Part shown: one piece after another, positions 8,268-18,500 of the stretch
Position numbering within the stretch: position 1 is the first letter of the stretch
How the letters are laid out: each line of letters opens with the position of its first letter
NCBI GenBank assembly: GCA_019244185.1
Contig: JAFATB010000006.1
Location: 192,001 to 256,000 of the forward strand
Source of the DNA: Acidobacteriota bacterium
GTDB lineage: Bacteria; Acidobacteriota; Thermoanaerobaculia; Gp7-AA8
Direction of reading: 5' to 3'
Length of the DNA stretch: 64,000 nt
The notes under the pieces: model-generated
Told to the model about the DNA's origin: nothing
Databases searched by the model: none
The model's input: the letters and a program-made list of their open reading frames with translations, nothing else
Translations under genes and position numbers: made by a program

Positions 8268-8594
8268 ATGACGGTCGAAGAGATACGCGTACAGAAAGCA
8301 CTGGCGATGTTGGAAGTGGAAGAGGCCGAGACCGCCCACGCTGCTGCCAGTGAGCACGCCCACGAGTTGCAAGTGGCAACTAGTGAGGCGATCAGTACTG
8401 CCCTCGATATTGCCCGTCGTTTGCCTGTGCAGGTGGATCGACTGCGCGAGACGTTGGCAGGGATTGATCTGGACGGGCTGTCAGAGGCACAGACGCAGGC
8501 CGAACGGTTTCTTGGTGCCGCTGCGGCCGCCCGAGTGAAACTGCGCGAGTTTCAACTACCCGGACGACCTGTTACAAGTGGATGGGGAAAGTAA
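8268..8594 (+). CDS. Alpha-helical/coiled-coil IS passenger protein
   Basis: 108-aa Ala/Glu-rich ORF whose stop codon lies within the right TIR. Confidence 0.6.
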   Translation: MTVEEIRVQKALAMLEVEEAETAHAAASEHAHELQVATSEAISTALDIARRLPVQVDRLRETLAGIDLDGLSEAQTQAERFLGAAAAARVKLREFQLPGRPVTSGWGK

Positions 8595-8603
8595 ACCAGT
8601 ACC
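8568..8603 (-). repeat. Right terminal inverted repeat
   Basis: Reverse complement is GGTACTGGTTTACTTTCCCCATCCACTTGTAACAGG. Confidence 0.9.
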
Positions 8604-8965
8604 CGATAACCTGCACCGGTGTGAGTTGGCCGCGTTCGGCCGCAACGTGCATTGTAGCGACGGCAATCTCTCGCGTTTTCAGATACCAAACCCAGGTCTA
8701 TCGGTGAAGATCATCAAGGATGATGACCGTCGAACGCCCACCGGTATTCATGAAACTGCCAAACTTCTTTTTCGCCCACCCCAGCGCCGATCCCGCAAAC
8801 GCTTTGAAATACCGAGCGTCGTGTTCTGGCACTGCTCGCCGACCGGATCGCGGCCATTAACCGGGTCGCCGCCCGCAAATGTGTAAGGCGTTGAAGAGTC
8901 TTGATAATTCGGATCCGGCGGCACGAATGTGCCGGTCAAGGAATCCAGCCACCGCTCCCTTGCAG
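8604..8965 (-). pseudogene. Orphan RHS core end plus pre-toxin linker, truncated by the IS
   Basis: 'ARERWLDSLTGTFVPPDP..YTFAGGDPVNGRDPVG.QCQNTTL', then after a frameshift 'GWAKKKFGSFMNTGG..AERGQLTPVQVIG'. This matches the main toxin 'ARERWFD..YTFAGGDPVNDRDPSG..CKNTTL..QWAKGAFVGFMNFGG..VERGEGTPVYVIG'. Confidence 0.8.
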
Positions 8966-9003
8966 ACACGCTAGCCACTTGACTGCATACAATCGCGGCT
9001 CCG

Positions 9004-9555
9004 CTAAAATCGACTACTTCGGCGGTTGCGTTGCATTATTTTGCGGTTCCGCGCTGCGGTGTAGTCTTTACCGTGGTCAACAGAAGGCGAATCTGAAATA
9101 TCCGAATATGGGCCGTCGGCAGCCATCTCAGGGAAGGCACGCACCGGCACTTCTACGCCTCGGACCTGTGTTACGGGCTCATATTCCACAGGTGCAAACA
9201 TCATCGGTATAAAGTCCGTGGCGAAGAATGTTCCCACTGCTATGGCGCGACTGCGATCCGCAGCCGTGATGGTCGTGAAGCCCTGGCCAGGAACGTACAG
9301 GATCTCGCCGTCTGCATCAGCGCGTGCAACCGCCGCTTCGAACGTCGCGATGTCGTTGACCATCGTCCGCTTCGCGAGTTCGTAATATTCTGTCGTGACG
9401 GTCAAATCGGCCATCTGCGTTTCGTAATCGCCGCCAATCGCGCCGCTCGTGTCGTACCACTTCCGCGCTACTGGCACACGAAGCGGCTGCCTGAACGACC
9501 TACGTTCGGTTCTCGTGAAATCGTCATAGACCTTCTTACCGCGCCCTTTCAGCAT
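9004..9555 (-). pseudogene. Orphan toxin C-terminal fragment (lead-in of an HNH-type toxin, catalytic part missing)
   Basis: 'GPYSDISDSPSVDHGKDYTAARNRKIMQRNRR' resembles the segment preceding HNH toxin domains in RHS tips (from memory). Lower GC, located in the orphan array. Confidence 0.55.
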
Positions 9556-9564
9556 CGCGAACCG

Positions 9565-10735
9565 CTCGCGTTTGCGTGGCGTCGACTTTCGTCTGCGCCG
9601 CGTCATGCGGCCGTTCGCCGTGTAGCTCGCCTGCGCGACTCGCCGATGAGCGTGCCGACCGCGCGTAGGTCTTGACGCTCTTCGGGTTGCCCCAGTCGTC
9701 GAAGTCGGTGACGGTCTTCACGCCGTTCGGAGCGAGCGACGACGTCGCGCGGCCGTGGACGTCGTACGCGACGGCGCTCGCGCTGTGGTTGTCGGCCGAG
9801 TAGACGAGGTTGCCCGCGAGGTCGTACGCGTACTGTTCGACGATCGGCGTGCCGCCGGTGGTCGTGGTGCGCTTCGCGATTCGTCCGAGCCCATCCAGTT
9901 CTTCCGTGACCACCGCGCCGCCGGGCAGCATGCGCACGATCTTGCGATTGGTGAGGTCGTAGTCGGTGGTCGTGGTGACGGAGGTGAGGCCCTCGCCCAC
10001 CGCGACGTTGTTCGTCGTCGACTGCTTCACGCGACCGAGCGGGTCGTACGCGAGCGACGTGGTCACGCTGTGGCCGTCCTGCTTGTGCGTGGTCTCGGTG
10101 AGGCGTCCGTTGAGGTCGTACTTGGACGACTCCTCGAGCGAGAGCGACGGGCCGGTGGTGACGCTCGACACCGGACGGCGCCAGCCGTCGAGGTTCGTGA
10201 GCGTCGAGACGCCGCGCTCCTCGTCGACCTTGATCTGATCGGGCCCCGGATACGCGAACTTCGTCTGCAGGCCGGAGGCATCGACGAGCTCCGGCATCGC
10301 GCGCGCGTACTCCGGCGCGGTGGCGTCGCGGAACTTGTAGCTGACTGACGCGTTGCCGCCGGCGTCGGTGCCGCCCGTGCTCGTGACGGTTTTCGGCTGG
10401 CCGTACGCGTCGACTTCGACCGTCGTCGTGATGGCGTCGTTCGTGGCCGCGACGCTCTTCTTCATCGCGCTCGGCTCGGAGGTATGGATCGTGTCGCTGC
10501 CGATGCTGACGCTCTCGAGATACGCGGGACGCGGATTCGACGATGCGTCGTCGTAGCCGAAGGTCCGCTTGATCGGCGTCGCGCCGCTGCCGCTCGTTTC
10601 GCTGGTGAAGAGCACGAAGCCGGGCGCGCCGGGCTCGATCGATTTGTAGGTGTTCGTCGTCGTGCGGATCGTGCTCGTGGCGCCGATGCCGAGAGCTCGC
10701 TTCGTCGTTTGTCGTCCTTTGAGCATGCGCCGCGG
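9565..10735 (-). repeat. Near-identical duplicate (about 1.15 kb) of an internal YD-repeat segment of the giant RHS gene (about 16188-17375)
   Basis: ORF 9536..10726 repeats 'GIGATS..TIRTTTNTYKSIEPGAPGFVLFT..DDWGNPKS' almost verbatim. The DNA aligns with scattered substitutions and indels at the ends. Confidence 0.93.
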
Positions 10736-10740
10736 CCTTC

Positions 10741-11271
10741 CTAATTCAAGTCGTACTCTGCGCCCGAACGAACGCTCGCTGTAAATCGGACGCCGCTTTC
10801 CATTAACTCTTTGCTGATGGTCCGACGTAATAGGATTTCACCTTTGAAAAGCGGCGTTTGATTTCTCGCTCGAACGATTTTGAAGGGCGCCAAAGCGTTC
10901 GCGTCGTCAGTTGCGGTACCGACTTGACCCTGATGACGGCAACGTCGCCGAACCGACCGCCTGACTGATGACCACCGTTGCCGGATTCTGCATTTGATCG
11001 ATTGCACACTTCACTCCGCCACGCCGCTGCGGCACTTCACGGATATTGATCCGCTGGGTCGCAGCCGCGACGAGGTAACTCCGCTCCTGTGCTTGATCAC
11101 CTTTCTGCGCGACTCCGAATGACTCGATAGTTCGACGGAGTTCGCGGTAAACAGTTCCGGCTTATCGAACAACCCGGTAAGAACATACTGCAGTCGTTGC
11201 TCGGCTTCGATCGCAGCCGCTGCCGTTTTCAAGTCTTCATTCACCGCGAAGAACACGATCGATTTGCTCAT
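10741..11271 (-). pseudogene. Orphan immunity protein, frameshifted
   Basis: Pieces 'MSKSIVFFAVNEDL..LQYVLTGLFDKPE', 'AIDQMQNP', 'QGQVGTATDD', 'FEREIKRRFSKVKSYYVGPSAK' and 'ELMESGVRFTASVRSGAEYDLN' join into one ~175-aa protein. GAGG RBS. Directly follows the orphan toxin. Confidence 0.7.
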
Positions 11272-11280
11272 CTCACCTCA

Positions 11281-11595
11281 CTACTGTTTCGGCTTCGGAA
11301 TCAACACCAGGTGATCACCCGGCTTTGCTGGCGAATGCGCGTCGCGCTTGGTGGCTTCGCGTGTTGTTGGCGTGATCCCATCCGCACGCGTATCCACGGT
11401 GTTGATCCGGAGCGTCCGACCGTTCTTCGTGGCCGTGATGTCACGCCATGACGAACCGCGTCGCGCTCCTCCGGGTCCAGGCAAATACTCCTCTGGCGCA
11501 CGTCCGCCACCGTACGTTACCGTCCACCCTCTTGCTTACAGCTCGTTAGTAATCTGCGCGATCTGCTCGCGCGTCTCAGGGCTGCCAAGACCGCA
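11281..11595 (-). pseudogene. Orphan RHS toxin tip (putative nuclease, REase-like fold), disrupted
   Basis: 'LGSPETREQIAQITNEL*ARGWTVTYGGGRAPEEYLPGPGGARRGSSWRDITATKNGRTLRINTVDTRADGITPTTREA..PGDHLVLIPKPK' with an in-frame TAA and small indels. Confidence 0.7.
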
Positions 11596-12050
11596 AGTCG
11601 AGCAAAGATCCCCGCTAAGAACGCTTGCGCTGTAAATTCTCCAGCCTCGCGCTCTTGCTGTTCGGGGCTGATATTGCCGGCGATAGCATGCACGCAAAAA
11701 CTTGTTGTACCCCGATGCAGTCGTTGAGCGCGATGAGAGAGACCATCGCGGTACTGCGATCCTGGCCGAGCAATTCGCTTTGCGCCGTCCGAGTCAGTCT
11801 CGTCGATAGTTCGCGGAGTCAGGTCGATGCCGCGCTCTGCTTTTACTTACCCAGCAAAATCCCTTCGGGCAGCTCGCGGCGGCTGATGGCACGGCTTAAG
11901 TGGTCGTAAGAGGCCATCTAGGGCCTTATGTTGTCACAATGTACGGCACTTCGATCCAATCATACTTTGGCGACGTCGCGCTATACCGACCCGGGGCAGG
12001 CAGATACGCATATGCCGTGGTTGGCCCAACGTAGTGGGTGCCGAGGAGCT

Positions 12051-12521
12051 TTACTTAACGGTATTTTCGTCCCAGGCCGCGTTGAAAGCGCGATGCAGCA
12101 AAGGATCATCCGGCCCAGTAGGCAACCATCCGTCCCTGACGTCCGATGAATTGAACCACTGCCATACACGATGGCATTGCTCCTCATAATACTCGCCGAC
12201 AAGGGTCATCCAATCTGAAAATGCTTGGACTCGGGCGTACTCGGCGCTTGAGTCACCGCGCCAACCATCGGGCAGGTACTCGCGCAGAAACCTAGACAAG
12301 GTATCGACTGCGAATGCCCGCATGTCGTCTGACATTTCCGCTTCCTCTTTCAAGAGGAGCTTCAACTGAATCGGCGCCACGGAACTTGAGAGAACCTCAA
12401 TCATCTGATCGAAGGTTTCAGTTCGATGCGACCGAGCAAATTCTGTCGCGCTGCGGTATCCAAGTGCACGCACCCTCGACCGCAATCGTTCGTGCCAGTC
12501 GCCATCCCAAACGTTTGTCAT
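12051..12521 (-). CDS. Cognate immunity protein of the giant RHS toxin
   Basis: ATGA overlap with the toxin stop. 'WDGDWHERLRSRVRALGYRSATEFA..GWLPTGPDDPLL' resembles proteins that follow DUF2380-type toxins (from memory). Confidence 0.85.
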   Translation of the reverse strand: MTNVWDGDWHERLRSRVRALGYRSATEFARSHRTETFDQMIEVLSSSVAPIQLKLLLKEEAEMSDDMRAFAVDTLSRFLREYLPDGWRGDSSAEYARVQAFSDWMTLVGEYYEEQCHRVWQWFNSSDVRDGWLPTGPDDPLLHRAFNAAWDENTVK

Positions 12522-15500
12522 TGTCGAAATGGGACAAACGAGCCTGAAAGGCCATAGTCCCTCATCATTTGCTTGCCAACATCGAAAACTTCAGCAAACG
12601 TCAATGCCCGCCCAAGAAGCTTTTCGCGCTGCGAGATGCGGGACATGATCTGTCGATTCCATTCGCCTTCCCATTTGCGACCAAGGCGATAGTTCCCGCC
12701 TCCGTGAATGGCTTGATGAATCGCTTCGTCCAACTCCAGAGTAAACTGATCAATATCGCGACCCCCTGTGAAACCACGGACCTCAAAGAACGCTCGAAAT
12801 TCTTGAGGAAAAACATGGTGACGAGGATTGCGGACCACGCCGGCACCGCGCGCGCCAGTCTCAGTCACCGCATCCGATTCTGGGCCCTCCCCCAAGGAAT
12901 CGTGCACTGAACTCGCGAGCACAATCGTCGAGACCATCGGGCCACTTCGTGCGCTACGCGCGATCACTCCCGCCGTGGGCAATACTACTCCCGAGCTTGT
13001 CGCAAGTGCCGGTGCAGGAGTTGTCGGCGTGTTCATCGCGGACACTGTCCCGCGCACAGCTGTATAGCCATCAAGCAACGCTGGTGCAGCCGCGCGTGCT
13101 ATGTCTTCTTTGCATCCACTGCTCGAAGCGGCGTCGATTGCCTTTACTCGCTTGTCAACCGCGCCTCCAATAACATATACTGGCGTACCTTCGCCACGTT
13201 CGACAGCCGCGATGGCAAGTGACAGGCTGCGTCGTTCCTGACGACGAGCGTCTGCGGCATTCTCATGCACCCATCCCCCATACCCGAATGTTAGGGTATC
13301 GATGAGTTTCACAGTTTGATCCCCACCAAAGTTCATGAATCCGACGAATGCACCCTTAGCCCATTGCCAAGCGCCCTCCCCTGCCGCTTGTAATGATGCA
13401 AGCGTTGTGTTCTTGCATGGCTTCTGCAGCCCTGAAGGGTCTCGATCATTTACGGGGTCGCCCCCAGCGAAGGTATAAAGGTTTGAAGCGTCGACGTACC
13501 CCAGCGGATCCGGCGACAGGAACGCCCCCCGCCCCGCATCAAACCAGCGCTCCCTCGCGAACACGAGTCCCGTCCCTACCTCCTCGAACGGCAAGGCCTG
13601 GAACGACGACATGAGGATGCTGCGACCCACTGCCGGCTCCGCTGGTGAGCCCAAGGCGGCGAGGGAGGGGGCGGCGTAGGGGGTGGTGGTGGGGTCGGGG
13701 GCGGCGAGGAAGGACGTGAGCGTCGCGAGGGACGCGCGGTATTCGACGGGGAGGGTGGGGGAGGTGTGGATGGGGTGGGCGGTGGTGGCCCAGGTCGGGG
13801 GCGGGAGGATGGGGGTGGCGGTGGACCACGCTTTGGCGCGGAGGGTGTTGGTGACGGCAATCGAGAGCGATTGGACGTCGCCGGTGGGGGACGTGAGCGC
13901 GGTCCACTGGGTGGGGGTGAGGGTCCAGTGGATGGTGTTGGGGTCGGAGAGCGTGGAGGTGACCGTCGCGGTGCGGACGACGTTGCCGCTCGCGGTCACG
14001 GCGGCGAGGCGGGTGCCGGTGGCGAGGGTGGCCTCGTCGAGGGCTTCGGTCGAGCGGATCGAGACCTCCACGGCCGTGAGGTTACCACTCGCGTCTTTGG
14101 TCTTGCTCAGCGTGATGCGATCGATGGCGGCGCCGGCGAGGCTGCTTTCTTCTTCGCCGTAGGCGCCGTCGACGACGGTGCGGGAGATGACTTTGCCGTC
14201 GTCGCCGAGGATGAGCTGGAGGTTGCCGTTGCCGGCTTCGTCGAAGACGGGGTAGAAGTGATGCACGTCGGGCGTCACGCCGTCGGTCACGGTCACCTCG
14301 AGCGGATCGTCGTAGGCGGCGTCGCCGTGGATGAGTTGGCGGAGAAGACCTCCGTTGGCGTCGACGGACGGGTTCGCGCTCGCGCCGGCTTTGTAGACGG
14401 AGACGAGACGGTCGGAGATCGGGTCCCACACGAACGTCGTCTCGGCGGGCAGGCCGTCGGCGAAGAGGACGGCGTCGCGGTTCTCGAGCTTCCAGTCGCT
14501 GTCGAGCGGCGGCATGGAGATGGAGCTCAGCTGCGCATACTCGACGCGGCGGCCGACGATGCGGTTGCTCGCGGCGTAGTCGTAGCGGAAGCGGCGGATG
14601 GTGAGTGACGGCGTCGGGATTTCGGTCGCGGTGATGATGCGGCCGCGGTCGTCGAACTCGTACTGATAGCGGCCATCACCCGTGCGCTCGGCGCCGATGT
14701 AGGTGAACGTGTGCGACTCGCCGTTCGCGGCCACGGTGCCGATGCGGTGTCCGGACAGCTCGTCGAAGTTGAGCGTCGGCGGCGCGGCCGGTTCGACGGA
14801 CGGCGACGGACGCTCGAGCTGCGTGCGGAAGCCGGCGTCGGTGACGTGCTCGATCGACGGATTGCTGCTGTCGTCGTGCGCGGTGACGGTCGTGAGCAGA
14901 CGGCTGCGCGCGTCGTAGGAGTACTCGTTGAAGCGTGTATCGGCGGAGATGCCGAGGAGCTGCTCGCGTTTGATCTGCACGCCGTCGTACGTGATGGCGG
15001 AGCCGCCGACGACGTTGCCGCCGGCGACGATGCGCAGCTCGGAGAGCTGTCCCGCGTTCGCGGTGTCGTAGGTGTACTGACGCTCGATGACGGCCGACGC
15101 GCTCGTCGTCAGCGTACGCACGTTGGGGCGGCCGGCATTGCGGTAGTCGGCGGTGAGCAGCGGCATCGGCGACGGCGCACCGATGAGCGTGCGCGTCATC
15201 GCGCTCACGTTGCCGGCGGCGTCGTGGCTCTCCCCTACCTTCTGCGTCCATTGCGTCGCGCTGGTGGGAAAGCCGCTGTAGGACGGCATCGTCCACGACT
15301 CGCGTTCGCCGTGCACGTTCCAGGTGTGATCCTGCTCATAGGAATCGAGCACGGTCGCCGAGCCGAAGCCGGAGTGATCCTTGAAGCGCGTCTGCTTCGT
15401 GCGGCGCGGGCGATCCTCGAAGTCGTAGTCCTCGAAGACGAGCGCGGCGTCGCGCGTGCGCCATGTGGTGATGCGGCCGGCGGCGTCGTAGTCGAGCTTC

Positions 15501-18500
15501 TCGATGAGCTCTCCGCCGTTGCGGCGGATCTCGGTGAGCTGGTTCTTGTCGTCGTAGGTGTAGTTGAAGAGGCGGCCTTGGCGGTCCTTCATCGACGCGA
15601 GGCGCGAGCCGTCGTAGGTCCAGGTCTCCTGCGTGCCGTCGGGATAACGGCGGACGCTCGGACGGCCGAGGAGATCGGACTCGGTCGTTTCGGTGAGGCC
15701 GGTGCCGGTGCCGCCGTCGGACTCGTCGCGATACGACGTGTCGGTGCCGGCGGCGTGATAGCCGTACTTCACTTCGGGGGCGCCCGGCTCGCGTTTCGAG
15801 AGCAGGTTGCCGCGCGCGTCGAAGTGCTGCCTCGTCGACTCGCGCGCGGGCGGCGCGTCGGCGGTGACGTTGCCGTCCTCGTCGTAGCTACGCTTCCACT
15901 CGAGCGCGCCGGCCTGGTTCCGCGTCGGATTGCCGAGCGTGTCGTAGTCGTACTGCATGTCGATCGGCGAGGTCGCGCCGCGCTCGGTGAGCGTGCCGTT
16001 CTTGACCATGCCGCCGGTGTAGTCGGAGGCGAGGTACTTCGAGAACTCGGTCGTGATGGTCGACGTCGTGCCGGCGCCGGCGATCGAGGACTTGAGGCGT
16101 CCCGCGTCGTCGAAGGCCTGCTTCGCGGCGCGTCCGCTGACGGCGGTCGACGTGATGCGGCCGGCGCCGTCCCACTTCATCTCGCTCTCGCGCGTTTGCG
16201 TCGCGTCGACTCTCGTCTGCGCCGACGTCATGCGGCCGTTCGGCGTGTAGCTCGCCTGCGACTCGCCGATGAGCGTGCCGACCGCGTCGTAGGTCTTGAT
16301 GCTCTTCGGGTTGCCCCAGTCGTCGTAGTCGGTGACGGTCTTCACGCCGTTCGGCGCGAGCGACGCGGTGGCGCGGCCGTGGACGTCGTAGGCGACGGCA
16401 CTCGCGCTGTGGTTGTCGGCCGAGTAGACGAGGTTGCCCGCGAGGTCGTACGCGTACTGTTCGACGATCGGCGTGCCGCCGGTGGTCGTGGTGCGCTTCG
16501 CGACGCGTCCGAGTCCGTCGAGTTCTTCGGTGACGACGGCGCCGCCGGGCAGCATGCGCACGATCTTGCGATTGGTGAGGTCGTAGTCGGTCGTGGTGGT
16601 GACGGAGGTGAGGCTCTCGCCCACCGCGACGTTGTTCGTCGTCGACTGCTTCACGCGACCGAGCGGGTCGTACGCGAGCGACGTGGTCACGGTGTGGGCG
16701 TCCTGCTTGTGCGTGGTCTCGGTGAGGCGTCCGTTGAGGTCGTACTTGGACGACTCTTCGAGCGAGAGCGACGGGCCGGTCGTCACGCTCGACACCGGAC
16801 GGCGCCAGCCGTCGAGGTTCGTGAGCGTCGAGACGCCGCGCTCCTCGTCGACCTTGATCTGATCCGGCCCCGGATACGCGAACTTCGTCTGCAGGCCGGA
16901 GGCATCGACGAGCTCCGGCATCGCGCGCGCGTACTCCGGCGCGGTGGCGTCGCGGAACTTGTAGCTGACCGATGCGTTGCCGCCGGCGTCGGTGCCGCCC
17001 GTGCTCGTGACGGTTTTCGGCTGGCCGTACGCGTCGACTTCGACCGTCGTCGTGATGGCGTCGTTCGTGGCCGCGACGCTCTTCTTCATCGCACTCGGCT
17101 CGGAGGTATGGATCGTGTCGCTGCCGATGCTGACGCTCTCGAGATACGCGGGACGCGGATTCGACGACGCGTCGTCGTAGCCGAAGGTCCGCTTGATCGG
17201 CGTCGCGCCGCTGCCGCTCGTTTCGCTGGTGAAGAGCACGAAGCCGGGCGCGCCAGGCTCAATCGATTTGTAGGTGTTCGTGGTCGTGCGGATCGTCGCG
17301 CTCGTGGCGCCAATGCCGGAAAGCGTCGCCGTCTCCAGCATGCCGTCGGGCACATACGTGAAGAGCATGCGCCGCGTCAGCGACTCGGTCGGCGCGCCGG
17401 ACGGCGTGACCGCGGCCGGCAACGTGCCGAACGGCGTCGTCACCGCGGCGACGTTCGTCTCATCGAGCTGCCTCACGTGCGCGCGGTCGGTGGTGTAGTT
17501 GCCCGGCTGCGGCGTGAGCTCGTAGACGCGCTCCTGGCCGAGAACGTCTTTGGTCGTGGTGTGCGTCGCGTCCGTGTAGGTGAACGTGGCCGACTCGCCG
17601 GTCTTCCACGTCTGCGTCTTCACCTTGTCGCGATCGCTGGTGCTGTACGCGAACGCGACGCGCGGACCCTCGCCCATCGGATCGGTGATGGACGTGAGGT
17701 TCGGCGCGAGCTCGAGCTTGTCGTTGTACGTCGATGCGGGCGTGCCGTAGCCGTATTGCGTAGTCGGACGTCCGGTGCCGGTCTCCGGCAGCGTCGCGGT
17801 GATGAGGCGGCCCGCGTCGTCGTAGTCGTAGTCGACGCGCCCGAGCCAGCTTTCGATCGACTGCAGGCGTCCCGCTTTCAGTCCCGTGCCATCGGGGAAG
17901 TACATGAGGCGCGACACGCGGCCGACCGGATCGATGACCTGCGCGAGGCGGCCGCTGAGATCGTAGAGATAGCGGACGACGTTGCCGGCGTCGAGCGCGT
18001 ACGCGTTCGGCGCGAACTCGTCGGTCTCGTGCACGAGGCGTCCCATCGAATCGAACGCGCTGATGCGCGCCTTCTGATCGACGAGCACCCAACCACGATC
18101 GGTGCGCGAGAGCTTGAGGAAGAGTCCCTTCGGACGCTGGTAGAAGCCGGTGGCGTTGTCGAGCGTGAAGCGCCAGATCTCGCCGGCGCCGTCGCGATAT
18201 TCGACGTCGCCGTTCGGCAGCGCGCGCAGGCGGCGGAAGATCGACGACTCCCACCCCATACCGACCGTGCCGCCGATCGTGCGCGAGCGATACGTGCGAT
18301 CGAACAGGGCGTTCCAGCCGTTGCGGCCGCCCGCATCCATGTCGAGCGCGGAGGTCTCGACTTCGCCCGAATGGAGATACGTCGTCTCCTGCAATGCGCC
18401 GCCGGCTACGGGAGGCGCCTGCGCGGCGACGAGCACGCTCGGCGGACGCACGGTGTCGGCCATGATGGTGGCAAAGCGCGCGGTGAAACGGTTCTCGCGT

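Larger units (their letters stand above)
5400..8603 (+). mobile_element. IS1-family (ISMhu11-like) insertion sequence carrying passenger genes and structured-RNA candidates, about 3.2 kb
   Basis: IS1-type DDE transposase inside, 36-bp imperfect TIRs starting GGTnnTG, lower GC than the giant genes, and a truncated gene on each flank. Confidence 0.88.

Noticed and set aside
11600-12050. ORFs between the immunity gene and the first orphan tip
   Set aside because: No recognisable motifs or start signals. Probably degraded cassette sequence.
13650-13960. G-run-rich tract as a G-quadruplex or phase-variation site
   Set aside because: It is explained by Pro/Thr codons on the coding strand, the runs are short, and the frame is intact. 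Kept only as a codon-shift observation.
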